NCBI GenBank assembly: GCA_963804645.1
Contig: CAWDRG010000019.1
Location: forward strand, 1 to 64,000
Direction: 5' to 3'
DNA length: 64,000 nt
Source: an uncultured Bacillota bacterium
GTDB taxonomy: Bacteria; Sysuimicrobiota; Sysuimicrobiia; Sysuimicrobiales; Segetimicrobiaceae
Shown: one piece after another, positions 32,260 to 41,959 of the stretch
Layout of the letters: every line of letters starts with the position of its first letter
Numbering within the stretch: the stretch's first letter is position 1
Translations under genes and position numbers: made by a program
Notes under the pieces: model-generated
The model's input: only the letters and a program-made list of their open reading frames with translations
What the model was told of the DNA's origin: nothing
Database searches by the model: none

Positions 32260-33957
32260 GTGCCCGACCGCATCACCGTCTCTGTGGTTCAGCACCGGTG
32301 CGTGGCGATCGTCGCGGAGATGGGCGAAGCCATGCTCCGCACGGCGTACTCCCAGATCTTGAACAGCAGCCGGGATTTTTCCACGGCGCTGTGCGACGGG
32401 GCGGGCCGGCTTGTGGCTCAGGCCGAGCACGTCCCGATCCACGTCGGCGCGCTCCCGTGGGCGGTCCGGTCCGTGCTCGACGCGTTCGCGGGCCGCATCG
32501 GCCCCGGCGATGTCTACGTGTTGAACGATCCGTATTTCGGCGGCAACCACCTGCCCGATCTTACCGCGCTGGTGCCGGTGTTCGCCGGCGACCGCCTCGC
32601 GTTCTGGTCGATCAACCGCGCGCACCACAGCGACATCGGCGGCTCGACGCACGGCGGCTACAACCCCGCGGCCACGGAGATCTGGCAGGAAGGGCTCCGC
32701 GTGCCGCCGCTCTTGCTGTACGACCGCGGCGCGCCGCGCGACGACGTGCTCCGGATGATCGCGACAAACGTGCGGCACCCGCGCGAGTTCCTGGGCGATC
32801 TCCGGGCGTCGATCGGGTCGGCGCATTTGGGCGCGCGGCGCCTCGGCCGTCTGCTCGACGAGTACGGCGCGGGCGTCATCGCCGAGTGCGTCGACGGGTT
32901 TCTCGACGGGACGGAGCGGCAGGCGCGGGCGTGCCTCCGCACCTGGGCCGACGGCGTCTACCGCGGCGAGGCGGTGCTCGACGACGATGGACACGGTACC
33001 GTCGATATCGCGATCCGCGCGACGGTGACGAAGCGCGGCGACGCGCTGCTCGTCGACCTGACCGAGAGCGACCCCCAGGTGACCGGATTCGTGAACTCGT
33101 CGCTCCCGAACACGATGTCCGCGGTGTTCATGGCGCTCGCGTATCTGCTCGATCCGGAGATCCCGAAGAACGACGGGACGTTCCGGCCGGTCGAGGTCCG
33201 GACGAAGGAGGGGACCGTCGTCCGTCCGCGCCCTCCGGCCCCCGTCACGCTGGCGACGAACCACTGCGGCCAGGAGATCGCCGAGGCCGTGCTCAAGGCG
33301 CTCGCCGGCGCGTGCCCGGACCGCGTCCCGGCCGGGTGGTCGCGGCGCTTCCGCATCGCCCTCCGCGGCGTGGATCCCCGGTCGGCGAAGCCGTTCATCT
33401 GGCACCTGTTTCACGCGCGGGGCGGGGGTGGCGCCTCGTCCGCGGGCGACGGGTGGCCCACCGCGGGCGAAGGACAGGCGGCGGGCGGCATCAAGTTCGG
33501 CAGCGTGGAGGTGACCGAGGTGCGCTTCCCGCTCGTCCTCGCGCGGCACGAGTTTCGGCCCGACTCCGGCGGCGACGGGCGGTTTCGCGGCGGGGTGGGC
33601 TCCGTGCTCGAGCTGCGCGTCGGGATCGCGGCGCCCGCCGTTGCCAACACCGCGGGGGACGGGGTGCGCCACGCGCCGTACGGGCTGTTCGGCGGCCGCG
33701 ACGGCGCGACGCACCGGTACCGCCTCGTCTCATCGGGGCGGACGCGCGTGCTCAAGACGAAAGAGGTCGGCGTGCCCGTGGGTCCGGGGGACGTCTTTCT
33801 GATTGAATCGAGCGGCGGGGGCGGGTACGGAGAGCCGCGGGCGCGCGACCGGGCCAGCCGTGAGGCGGATCTGGCCGACGGGTTCGTGACCGCGGCCCGA
33901 GGTCCGGCGCGCCCGCGCACGGCACGGCGGAGGACGCGTGTACCGCGTCGGCGTTGA
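32260..33957 (+). CDS. Hydantoinase B/oxoprolinase subunit
   Basis: RTAYS...DFS, NDPY.GG.HLPD, HHSDIGG, QEGL, GGGGYG. Confidence 0.92.
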   Translation: MPDRITVSVVQHRCVAIVAEMGEAMLRTAYSQILNSSRDFSTALCDGAGRLVAQAEHVPIHVGALPWAVRSVLDAFAGRIGPGDVYVLNDPYFGGNHLPDLTALVPVFAGDRLAFWSINRAHHSDIGGSTHGGYNPAATEIWQEGLRVPPLLLYDRGAPRDDVLRMIATNVRHPREFLGDLRASIGSAHLGARRLGRLLDEYGAGVIAECVDGFLDGTERQARACLRTWADGVYRGEAVLDDDGHGTVDIAIRATVTKRGDALLVDLTESDPQVTGFVNSSLPNTMSAVFMALAYLLDPEIPKNDGTFRPVEVRTKEGTVVRPRPPAPVTLATNHCGQEIAEAVLKALAGACPDRVPAGWSRRFRIALRGVDPRSAKPFIWHLFHARGGGGASSAGDGWPTAGEGQAAGGIKFGSVEVTEVRFPLVLARHEFRPDSGGDGRFRGGVGSVLELRVGIAAPAVANTAGDGVRHAPYGLFGGRDGATHRYRLVSSGRTRVLKTKEVGVPVGPGDVFLIESSGGGGYGEPRARDRASREADLADGFVTAARGPARPRTARRRTRVPRRR

Positions 33958-36001
33958 CGTCGGAGGGACGTTCACCGATCTCGTCGCCGTGGACGACCAG
34001 GGCCGCGTGACCTTTGCCAAGACGGCCTCGACCCCGGCGGACCCGTCGCTCGGCATTCTCGACGGGCTGCGCCTCTTGGCCCGCGCGCTGGGGGTGGACC
34101 TCCGGGCGCTGCTCGCGGACACCGATCGGGTGGTGCACGGGACGACGGTCGCGACGAACGCGCTCGTGGAGCGGAAGGGCGCCCGCGTCGGCCTCCTGAC
34201 GACCGAAGGGCACCGCGATATTTTAGAGATGCGCGAGGGGCTTAAGGCGGACCGGTACAACCTCCGGATGCCGCCGCCGGTGCCGCTGGTGCCGCGCCGG
34301 CATCGGCTCGGAGTCCGCGAGCGCATCGCCGCGGATGGGACGGTCGCGGTTCCCCTCAGCCGCGGCTCGCTCGCCGGCGCGATCCGATCGCTCGCACGCG
34401 CGCAGCTCGACGCGGTCGCGATCTGCTACCTGCACGCGTACCGGAATCCCCGGCACGAGCGCGAGACCCGCCGCGCGGTCGCGCGGGGGCTTCCGGGGGC
34501 GTACGTCTCGGTGTCGTCCGAGGTGCTGCCGCAGATCAAGGAGTACGAGCGGATCTGCACGACCGTCGTGAACGCGTACGTCGGGCCGGCGCTCGCGCGC
34601 TACCTGCGCACCCTCGCGGCGCGGCTGCGGGCGAGCGGGTACTCCCGCCGCGTGCTGGTGATGCAGTCCCACGGCGGCGTCGCGACGATCCCCGATTCCG
34701 TGCGCCTCGCGGCCGGCGCGATACTGTCCGGCCCGGCCGGCGGGATCGCGGGGAGCCGCTACGCGGCACGCCTGCTCGGCGCGCGCGACCTCATCACGTT
34801 CGACATGGGGGGGACGAGCACCGACATCGCCCTGCTCGAGGGCGGCGAACCGCCGCTGTCGGGCGACAAGACAATCGACGGGCATAAGGTGGCCTTGCCG
34901 AGCCTGGACATCCACACGCTCGGCGCCGGCGGGGGATCGGTGGCGACGGTGGACGCCGCCGGGCTGCTCCACGTCGGCCCCGAGAGCGCCGGCGCCCGGC
35001 CCGGGCCCGCGTGCTACGGGTTGGGGGGCACGGCGGCGACCGTGACCGACGCGAACGTCGTCCTCGGCTACCTCGACCCGGCGAACTTTCTCGGCGGGCG
35101 CACGCGGCTGGACGCGCGGGCGGCGGAACGCGCGGTCGGGCGGATCGGCGCCCAACTCGGGTGTGAGACGATCGTCGCGGCCGAGGGGATTCAGACCCTC
35201 GTCAACACCGCCATGGCGGAGGGGATCCGCATCGTGTCGGTACGGCGTGGGGTGGACCCGCGCCGCTTCGCGGTGCTGGGGTTCGGGGGCGCGGCGGGAC
35301 TGCACGCCACGCAGGTCGCCCGCATGCTCGAGATCACGCGGGTCGTCGTGCCCCGCGCCGCCGCGGTGCTGTCGGCATGGGGCATGCTCGCGACGGATCT
35401 TCGCTACGAGCTCGTCCAGACGCACGTCGGCGAGATTCAGCACATCGGCGCGGCGGGAATCCGGCGGCTGTTTGCCCGGATGGAGGCGGACGGCCGAGCC
35501 CGCCTCGGGCGGGCGGCCGACGGCCCGCTGGCGGTGCGCCGGTCGCTCGACATGCGGTACGGGGAGCAGATCTTCGAAATCGGGGTCTCCCTCGACGGAC
35601 TCGACCTGGCCGCGTCCGACCTCGTGGCGCAGATCGTGCAGCGATTCCAGCGGCGGCACGAGGCGCTCTACACGTACAGCGCCCCAGACCAGGACGTGGT
35701 CCTCGTCAACGCGCGCGTCGCGGTCGTCGGCGTGCTGCCGGTCGCCCCCGCCGAGCCGGAGACGCCCGCGGCCGGAGACCGCCCGCCCGCGCCGCGGCGG
35801 CGGCGCGTCTACCTCGGCGGCTGGCTCGACGTGCCGGTGTACCGCTGGGAGGCGCTCACGGCGGGGTTCGAGGCGGCGGGGCCGGCGATCTTCGAAGCGC
35901 CCACGACGACGGTGCTCGCGCGGCCGGGCGATCGGGTGCGGGTCACGCCGCACGGCTGGCTCGACGTGGACACCTCGGGATCGCCGGGGAGCCCCGCGTG
36001 A
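33938..36001 (+). CDS. Hydantoinase A/oxoprolinase subunit
   Basis: GVDVGGTFTD, HGTTVATN, SGPAGG, DMGGTSTD, GPESAGA.PGPACYG. Confidence 0.93.
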   Translation: MYRVGVDVGGTFTDLVAVDDQGRVTFAKTASTPADPSLGILDGLRLLARALGVDLRALLADTDRVVHGTTVATNALVERKGARVGLLTTEGHRDILEMREGLKADRYNLRMPPPVPLVPRRHRLGVRERIAADGTVAVPLSRGSLAGAIRSLARAQLDAVAICYLHAYRNPRHERETRRAVARGLPGAYVSVSSEVLPQIKEYERICTTVVNAYVGPALARYLRTLAARLRASGYSRRVLVMQSHGGVATIPDSVRLAAGAILSGPAGGIAGSRYAARLLGARDLITFDMGGTSTDIALLEGGEPPLSGDKTIDGHKVALPSLDIHTLGAGGGSVATVDAAGLLHVGPESAGARPGPACYGLGGTAATVTDANVVLGYLDPANFLGGRTRLDARAAERAVGRIGAQLGCETIVAAEGIQTLVNTAMAEGIRIVSVRRGVDPRRFAVLGFGGAAGLHATQVARMLEITRVVVPRAAAVLSAWGMLATDLRYELVQTHVGEIQHIGAAGIRRLFARMEADGRARLGRAADGPLAVRRSLDMRYGEQIFEIGVSLDGLDLAASDLVAQIVQRFQRRHEALYTYSAPDQDVVLVNARVAVVGVLPVAPAEPETPAAGDRPPAPRRRRVYLGGWLDVPVYRWEALTAGFEAAGPAIFEAPTTTVLARPGDRVRVTPHGWLDVDTSGSPGSPA

Positions 36002-37173
36002 CGCGCACCGCCGAGGTGGTCGTCATCGGCGCCGGCGTGATGGGCGCGAGCGTGGCCTATCATCTCGCCGCGCGCGGCTGCCGCGACGTGCTCGTGCTCG
36101 AGCGGAGCGACCGGGCCGGCCTCGGCAGCACCGGGCGGGCGATGGGCGGGTTCCGGGGGCAGTTTGCGACCGACGTGTGCGTGCGGCTGTCGCTCCTCGC
36201 GCGCGAGAAGCTCCTCCGGTTCCGGGACGAGCTTGGGGTCGATCCCGGGTACCGGCCGGTGGGCTACTTGTTCATGGCGCGGACCGCCGCGCAGCTCGAC
36301 ACGCTCCGGGCGGCGCACGCGGTCCAGCGGCGAGCGGGCCTGCACCAGGTGCGGGAGGTCGGGTCCGACGAGATCCCGCGGCTCTCGACGGCGGTGCGCG
36401 CGGACCGGTATGTGGGCGGCAGCTTCTGTCCCACCGACGGCTACATTGTGCCGCTCGACATCCTGCGGGGGTATCTCGGCGGCGCGCAGCGCCTCGGCGT
36501 GACGATCGAGTACGGGGTCGGGGACGTCGCCTGCCTCGCGGAGGACTCCGGCGACGGGACGCGGCGCGTGCGCGGGGTCAGGACGCGGCGGGGCGAGGTC
36601 GCGGCGCGGCACGTCGTGAACGCCGCGGGTCCGTGGGCGGCCGCCGTCGGACGCACGGCCGGGATTGAGGTGCCCGTGGTCCCGGCGCGCCGCCAGGTCG
36701 CGATCACCGCGCCGTGTGCGCTGTCAGCCGACACGCCGATGACGATCGACGTCGACGACGGCGTCCACTACCGCGTGCGGGACGGCCGCGTGGTGTTGAT
36801 GTGGCCGGTCGATACGCCGGCGGACGATCCGTTCGATACGACCTTCGATCCGCGGTGGCTCGACGCGCTGCTGCCCCGGGCGTACGCGATGGCGCCCGCG
36901 CTGCGCGATGCGGGGATCGACCCGGACGCATGCCTCTGCGGCCTCTACGAGATGAGCCCCGACAAGCACGCGATCCTGGGGCCCGCGCCCGGCGTGCGCG
37001 GCCTGTACCTCATCAACGGCTCGTCCGGACACGGGGTGATGCACTCGACGGCGCTCGGCCAGCTCCTGGCGGAGATCATCGTCGACGGGCGCGCCCACAG
37101 TCTCGACGTCCATGCGCTGCGCCCGAGCCGGTTTGCCGAGGGCGAGCCCAACCTCGAGACGGGCGTGCTCTAG
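35998..37173 (+). CDS. FAD-dependent oxidoreductase (sarcosine oxidase beta/DAO family)
   Basis: VIGAGVMG, VNAAGPWA, GLYEMSPD, SGHGVM. Confidence 0.9.
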   Translation: MTRTAEVVVIGAGVMGASVAYHLAARGCRDVLVLERSDRAGLGSTGRAMGGFRGQFATDVCVRLSLLAREKLLRFRDELGVDPGYRPVGYLFMARTAAQLDTLRAAHAVQRRAGLHQVREVGSDEIPRLSTAVRADRYVGGSFCPTDGYIVPLDILRGYLGGAQRLGVTIEYGVGDVACLAEDSGDGTRRVRGVRTRRGEVAARHVVNAAGPWAAAVGRTAGIEVPVVPARRQVAITAPCALSADTPMTIDVDDGVHYRVRDGRVVLMWPVDTPADDPFDTTFDPRWLDALLPRAYAMAPALRDAGIDPDACLCGLYEMSPDKHAILGPAPGVRGLYLINGSSGHGVMHSTALGQLLAEIIVDGRAHSLDVHALRPSRFAEGEPNLETGVL

Positions 37174-37188
37174 CGATCCGGGCGGCGG

Positions 37189-37962
37189 TCAGGCGATCGT
37201 CATGCCGCCGTCGATCGCGATGCTCGCCCCCGTCATGAGCCCCGCGTCGGTCGAGGCCAGGAACAGCACGGCGCCGACGATGTCGTCGGGCGCGCCGACC
37301 CGTCGGAGCGGGATCCGGTCGAGGCGCATCTCGCGCCACGCCGGATCCGCCAAGTCGCGCCGGTTCATGTCGGTCTCAATCAGCCCGGGGTTGACCTCGT
37401 TCACGCGGATGCCGTGCGCCGCCAGTTCGTAGGCCATCGACCGCGTCAGCATCGTGGCGCCGCCTTTGCTGGCCGCGTAGTGGGAGAGATTGAGCGACGC
37501 GTAGCGCGAACTGCTGGATGCGACGTTGACGATGCATCCCTGAATCCCGTGCCGCACCATGCGCCGGGCGACCGCCTGGCCGACGACGAAGAAGCCCCGG
37601 AGGTTCGTGCGAAGAATCCGGTCCCACTCGTCGATCGGGATCTCGAGGAACGGCGTGCGGGTGAGCACGCCCGCGTTGTTGACGAGGATGTCGACCGGTC
37701 CGAGCGCCGCCTCCACCCGCCCCATCATCTGCTCGACCGCGCCTGGATCGGCCACGTCGGCCTGGACCGCCATCGCCCAGCCGCCGTGCGACTCGATCTC
37801 CGCGACCGCGGTCCGGGCGGCCTCGGCGTCGCGGTGATAGTTGATCGCGACGCGCGCCCCGCAGCGCGCCAGGCCGAGCGCGATCGCGCGCCCGATGCTG
37901 CGGCTGCCGCCCGTGACGAGCGCGCGCTGTCCGGCGAGCGTATAGCGGGTGGCTGCTGCCAT
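37189..37962 (-). CDS. SDR oxidoreductase
   Basis: TGGSRSIG, NNAG, YAASK. Confidence 0.9.
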   Translation of the reverse strand: MAAATRYTLAGQRALVTGGSRSIGRAIALGLARCGARVAINYHRDAEAARTAVAEIESHGGWAMAVQADVADPGAVEQMMGRVEAALGPVDILVNNAGVLTRTPFLEIPIDEWDRILRTNLRGFFVVGQAVARRMVRHGIQGCIVNVASSSSRYASLNLSHYAASKGGATMLTRSMAYELAAHGIRVNEVNPGLIETDMNRRDLADPAWREMRLDRIPLRRVGAPDDIVGAVLFLASTDAGLMTGASIAIDGGMTIA

Positions 37963-38141
37963 GGGGCCTCCTCGACCGACACCGAGGTTCGGGACGATGG
38001 CCTTCGCGTCTGGGCGGCCGAGGTCCTTGAGGGTCGTTCGCGCTCCACAGGAACGGGATCGGCGGCCACCGAAACGGGCCGATGCGCAGGACGTCGGGAT
38101 CGCGGACGGGGTTGCGTCCGGACATCGAAGGAGGCAGGGCC

Positions 38142-38924
38142 GTGCCCACGCTGGAGGGGAAGGCGGCAATCGTCACAGGGGCGGCATCCGGGCTCGGCCT
38201 CGCGATCGTGCGGGCGCTCGCGGCCGAGGGCGCGAGCGTCTGCGTCGCCGATCTCAACGAGCAGGCCGGGCGGGCCGTGGTCGAGGCGCTGACGCGCCAG
38301 GGGCGGCGCGCGGTCTTCAGCCGCGTGGACGTGGCAGACGCGACCTCCGCCCGCGAGATGGTGGCCGCCGCCGTGGCGGCATTCGGCCGGCTCGACGTGC
38401 TCGTCAACAACGCGGGGCTGCAGCACGTCGCGCCGATCGTCGAGTTTCCTGAGGAGCGCTGGAACTATCTCCTCGCGGTGCTGCTCACCGGGACGTTCCT
38501 GTGCACGAAGTACGCGCTGCCGCACATGATCCGCGGCCGGTGGGGACGGGTGATCAACATGGCCTCCGCGCACGGCCTGATCGCGTCCCCGTTCAAGTCC
38601 GCGTACGTCGCGGCGAAGCACGGCGTCGTCGGATTTACCAAGGCGGCGGCGTGGGAGGTCGCCGAGCACGGGATCACGGTCAACGCGATCTGCCCCGGGT
38701 ACGTCCGGACACCGCTGGTGGAGCGGCAGATCGCGAGCTTGGCGGCGACGCACCGGATTCCGGAGTCCGAGGTCGTGAGCCGGATCATGCTGGAGGGGCA
38801 GGCGATCAAGCGCCTGCTCGAGCCCGAGGAAGTCGCCGCGCTTGCGCTGTACCTCTGCTCGGACGCCGCGGCGGTGCTGACCGGCGCGGCCCTGCCGATC
38901 GACGGCGGCTGGACCGCGCACTGA
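38142..38924 (+). CDS. 3-hydroxybutyrate dehydrogenase (SDR)
   Basis: NNAGLQHVAPI.EFP, SAHGL.ASPFKSAYVAAKHG, ICPGYVRTPLV. Confidence 0.88.
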   Translation: MPTLEGKAAIVTGAASGLGLAIVRALAAEGASVCVADLNEQAGRAVVEALTRQGRRAVFSRVDVADATSAREMVAAAVAAFGRLDVLVNNAGLQHVAPIVEFPEERWNYLLAVLLTGTFLCTKYALPHMIRGRWGRVINMASAHGLIASPFKSAYVAAKHGVVGFTKAAAWEVAEHGITVNAICPGYVRTPLVERQIASLAATHRIPESEVVSRIMLEGQAIKRLLEPEEVAALALYLCSDAAAVLTGAALPIDGGWTAH

Positions 38925-38986
38925 GTCCGCGCCGCGGCGGGCGGCGCGCAGCCACAACACGCCGGGGAAGGGAGCGGGAAGCGGTC

Positions 38987-39328
38987 ATGGTGACGGGGCC
39001 GGGGGGACAGGACGACGATCTGCATCTCTCCCACGAGACGCGGGCGCTGCTCGACGCGATCGGCGAGACGACCCGCAAGACGGTCGACATCCTGAACCAC
39101 CCCGCCGCTGCGCACGTGGCCGGTCATCTCACGGCGAGCATGGAGCGCCTGACCGCGGCGGCGACGGCGGTGCTGGCCGGGGCCGGCACGAAGTGTCTCC
39201 TGTGGAGCCCGTCTGCGACCATCATCTCGACGATCGACTCACGAACGGGAAACCTCCGTCTGGAGTGCCTGCACCCCCAGCCGCATCAGCACTGCTGGGA
39301 TCTCACCGGGACCCGGATCACGTGTTAG
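38987..39328 (+). CDS. Hypothetical protein with Cys/His-rich C-terminus
   Basis: RBS-preceded ORF ending ECLHPQPHQHCWDLTG...C. Confidence 0.55.
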   Translation: MVTGPGGQDDDLHLSHETRALLDAIGETTRKTVDILNHPAAAHVAGHLTASMERLTAAATAVLAGAGTKCLLWSPSATIISTIDSRTGNLRLECLHPQPHQHCWDLTGTRITC

Positions 39329-39332
39329 CGCC

Positions 39333-39995
39333 GTGGAGCTGATCGCCACGGCGCTCGGGCTCAGCATGTTCGTCGTCGGACATCTGACGCAGGTCCACAC
39401 CGTCTTGGTCGCGGTCATCGGCGCGGCGGCCGTCGGCGTGGTGATGACCGTGCTGGGGTGGGCCGGGATACGGTGGACCAGGCTGCGCTCTCCTGAGGCG
39501 ACCCTCGACCTGGTGTGGGGGTGGCTCCTGTTCTGTCTCGCCGTCGGCGGACTCGGCACGTGGCTCGTCATTGGGCTCACGTTTTTAGCGAAACAGCGCC
39601 TCGGGGACAAACCCACCGCGTTCGAAGACGCGACCGCGGGCGCCATGATTGCCTTGGTGACGGCCGCGATCGCGTCACGCCAGCAGTTCTTTGCCCAGTA
39701 CGGTCCCGGTCCGTTGGCGCAGCGCTTCATCCAGCGGACGTTTCGGCGCCCGGTGGGGCCGCTTCTGGTCGGGCGGGACAACATGGACCCGCAGGTGCTG
39801 GCCTGCCGGGCGGTCGAGGAGGACGAGTTCGCGGTGCCCAACGGTGCCGTATCCGGGTGGGGTTTTCGCGCCGATTGTGCGCGCCTCCGGTTGATTCGTG
39901 ACTACTTGGTCCGCACCCCGCAGCCAGCCTTGGGACCGTGGCGTGCCCCGCGCGTGGAGAAGCAGCCCGCGGTGATTTCTGGCGATCCCCCCTAG
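39333..39995 (+). CDS. Hypothetical membrane protein
   Basis: Three to four hydrophobic helices; starts 4 nt after the previous ORF. Confidence 0.5.
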   Translation: MELIATALGLSMFVVGHLTQVHTVLVAVIGAAAVGVVMTVLGWAGIRWTRLRSPEATLDLVWGWLLFCLAVGGLGTWLVIGLTFLAKQRLGDKPTAFEDATAGAMIALVTAAIASRQQFFAQYGPGPLAQRFIQRTFRRPVGPLLVGRDNMDPQVLACRAVEEDEFAVPNGAVSGWGFRADCARLRLIRDYLVRTPQPALGPWRAPRVEKQPAVISGDPP

Positions 39996-40142
39996 CGACA
40001 GCACCGTCCCACGTCGTTCGTCACGCATCGAGCCCGCGTACCTCGCTGAATTGGAAAACGCCGCCCCCACGGTCGGCATCCGGCTCCGTGCGCGTCAGGG
40101 AGGCCGCTGTACGACGAGGCGCGCGTTGAAGTGCCACTCAGC

Positions 40143-41000
40143 CTAGCGCTGGTACAGGCGGGGGTCCAGCGCGTCGCGGAGGCCGTCGCCGAGAAAGTTG
40201 AATCCGAGGACCGTGACGAAGATCGCGAGGATCGGAAACAGGGCGGTGTGCGGCGCAAGGCCCAGGTAGTTTTTTGCCACGAAGACCATCGCGCCCCATT
40301 CGGGCGTGGGTGGTTGCGCCCCGAGCCCCAGAAACGACAGGACCGACGCGGCCAGAATCGTGTTCGCCATGCTGAGCGTGGTCGTGACGATGATCTCTGG
40401 CGAGATGTTCGGCAGCACGTGGCGGATGAGGATGCGGCCGTCCCGGACGCCGAGCGCCCGGCTGGCTTCGACGTATTCTTGGGACCGCACGCGAAGGACG
40501 GCGCTGCGCGTGATCCGGACGAACGACGGCACGGTCGTGATGCCGACGGCGATCATCGCGTTGGTGAGGCTCGGGCCGAGCGCGCCGAGGATCGCGATCG
40601 CCAGTAAGAGGCCCGGAAACGCGAGCAGGACGTCGATCGTGCGCATGATCGGGTTGTCGAGCCGCCGGTAGAAGCCGGCCAGCAGACCGAGCGAGACGCC
40701 GGCGGCGAACGCGATGCCGACCGCGATCACCCCGATCCGCAGCGACACGCGGCTCCCATAGACGATCCGGCTCAGGATGTCTCGCCCGAGGTCGTCCGTC
40801 CCAAACCAATGCGCGCGCGACGGCCCCTGAAACCGATCGAGGACGCTGGGGTGCAGCGGGTCATAGGGTGCGAGTGTCGGGGCCAACAGCACGATCAGCA
40901 CGAGCCCCACCACGATCGTCCCGCCGATGCGGGCCTGCCATGACCGCCACAGCCGTCGTGCGAGCGTGGGGCCGCCCGGCGTGCGCGTCCGTGCCGGCAT
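40143..41000 (-). CDS. Peptide/nickel ABC permease (DppC-like)
   Basis: HWFGTDDLGRDILSRI.YG, YVEASRALG, LSFLGLG.QPPTPEWG. Confidence 0.92.
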   Translation of the reverse strand: MPARTRTPGGPTLARRLWRSWQARIGGTIVVGLVLIVLLAPTLAPYDPLHPSVLDRFQGPSRAHWFGTDDLGRDILSRIVYGSRVSLRIGVIAVGIAFAAGVSLGLLAGFYRRLDNPIMRTIDVLLAFPGLLLAIAILGALGPSLTNAMIAVGITTVPSFVRITRSAVLRVRSQEYVEASRALGVRDGRILIRHVLPNISPEIIVTTTLSMANTILAASVLSFLGLGAQPPTPEWGAMVFVAKNYLGLAPHTALFPILAIFVTVLGFNFLGDGLRDALDPRLYQR

Positions 41001-41008
41001 GCCGTCCA

Positions 41009-41947
41009 CTATTGATACCGGACCCGCGGATCGACGACCGCGTACACGACGTCGACGAGGAGGTTTGTGAGCACGAACGTCACCGCCAGGAACAGCACGG
41101 CCCCCTGCACGATCGGAAAGTCTCGGCTGAGGATCGCGTCCACGAGCAGCCGTCCCATGCCGGGGAGTGAGAAAATCGTTTCGGTCACGACCGCGCCGCT
41201 CAGGAGGAACCCGAACTGGAGGCCGACGATCGTGATCACTGGGAGGAGCGCGTTCCTGAAGGCGTGGCGGACGACGACGCGCAGCTCGTGCATGCCCTTC
41301 GCCCGCGCGGTGCGGACGTACTCCTGGTTCAAGCTCTCCAGCATTGACGACCGGGTCAGGCGGGCGAGCAGCGCCATGGTGCCGCTGCCGACCGTGATCG
41401 CCGGGAGCGCGATGTCCCGCCAGCCATCGACGGTGGCGAGGGACGCGTAGCCGCCGAGCGGCAGCCACCGCAAGAGGATGGCGAAGATCCACAGCAGGAT
41501 GAGCCCGACCGCGAACACCGGGACCGCGGAGCCCGTGAGGACCACGACGATCGAGGCGAGGTCGACGACCGAGTTGCGGCGGTAGGCCGCGACGATGCCC
41601 ATTGGCACGCTCACGACGATCGTCCAGACCACGCCGACGACCGCCAGCGTCAGCGTGACCGGAAACGTGGCGAGGAGCCGGTCGACGACGGGCTCGCGCG
41701 ACTGGATCGATCGTCCGAAATCGCCCCGCACGATCCGGGCGAGGTAGCGGCCGTACTGGATGTAGAGCGGCTGGTCGAGTCCGAGCGAGCGCTCGACGTC
41801 CCGCACCACATTCGGCGGCGCGTCCGGCCCCGCGATGACGAGGGCCGGGTTGCCGGGCGTCAGGTGGAGGATGAGGAACACGAGCACGGACACGCCGAAC
41901 AGCACCGGCACGGCAAGGAGGAGCCGGCGCGCGATGTACGAGCCCAT
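41009..41947 (-). CDS. Peptide/nickel ABC permease (DppB-like)
   Basis: LGLDQP...QY, YVRTARAKG, ETIFSLPGMG. Confidence 0.92.
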   Translation of the reverse strand: MGSYIARRLLLAVPVLFGVSVLVFLILHLTPGNPALVIAGPDAPPNVVRDVERSLGLDQPLYIQYGRYLARIVRGDFGRSIQSREPVVDRLLATFPVTLTLAVVGVVWTIVVSVPMGIVAAYRRNSVVDLASIVVVLTGSAVPVFAVGLILLWIFAILLRWLPLGGYASLATVDGWRDIALPAITVGSGTMALLARLTRSSMLESLNQEYVRTARAKGMHELRVVVRHAFRNALLPVITIVGLQFGFLLSGAVVTETIFSLPGMGRLLVDAILSRDFPIVQGAVLFLAVTFVLTNLLVDVVYAVVDPRVRYQ

Positions 41948-41959
41948 GCCGACCCTAGG

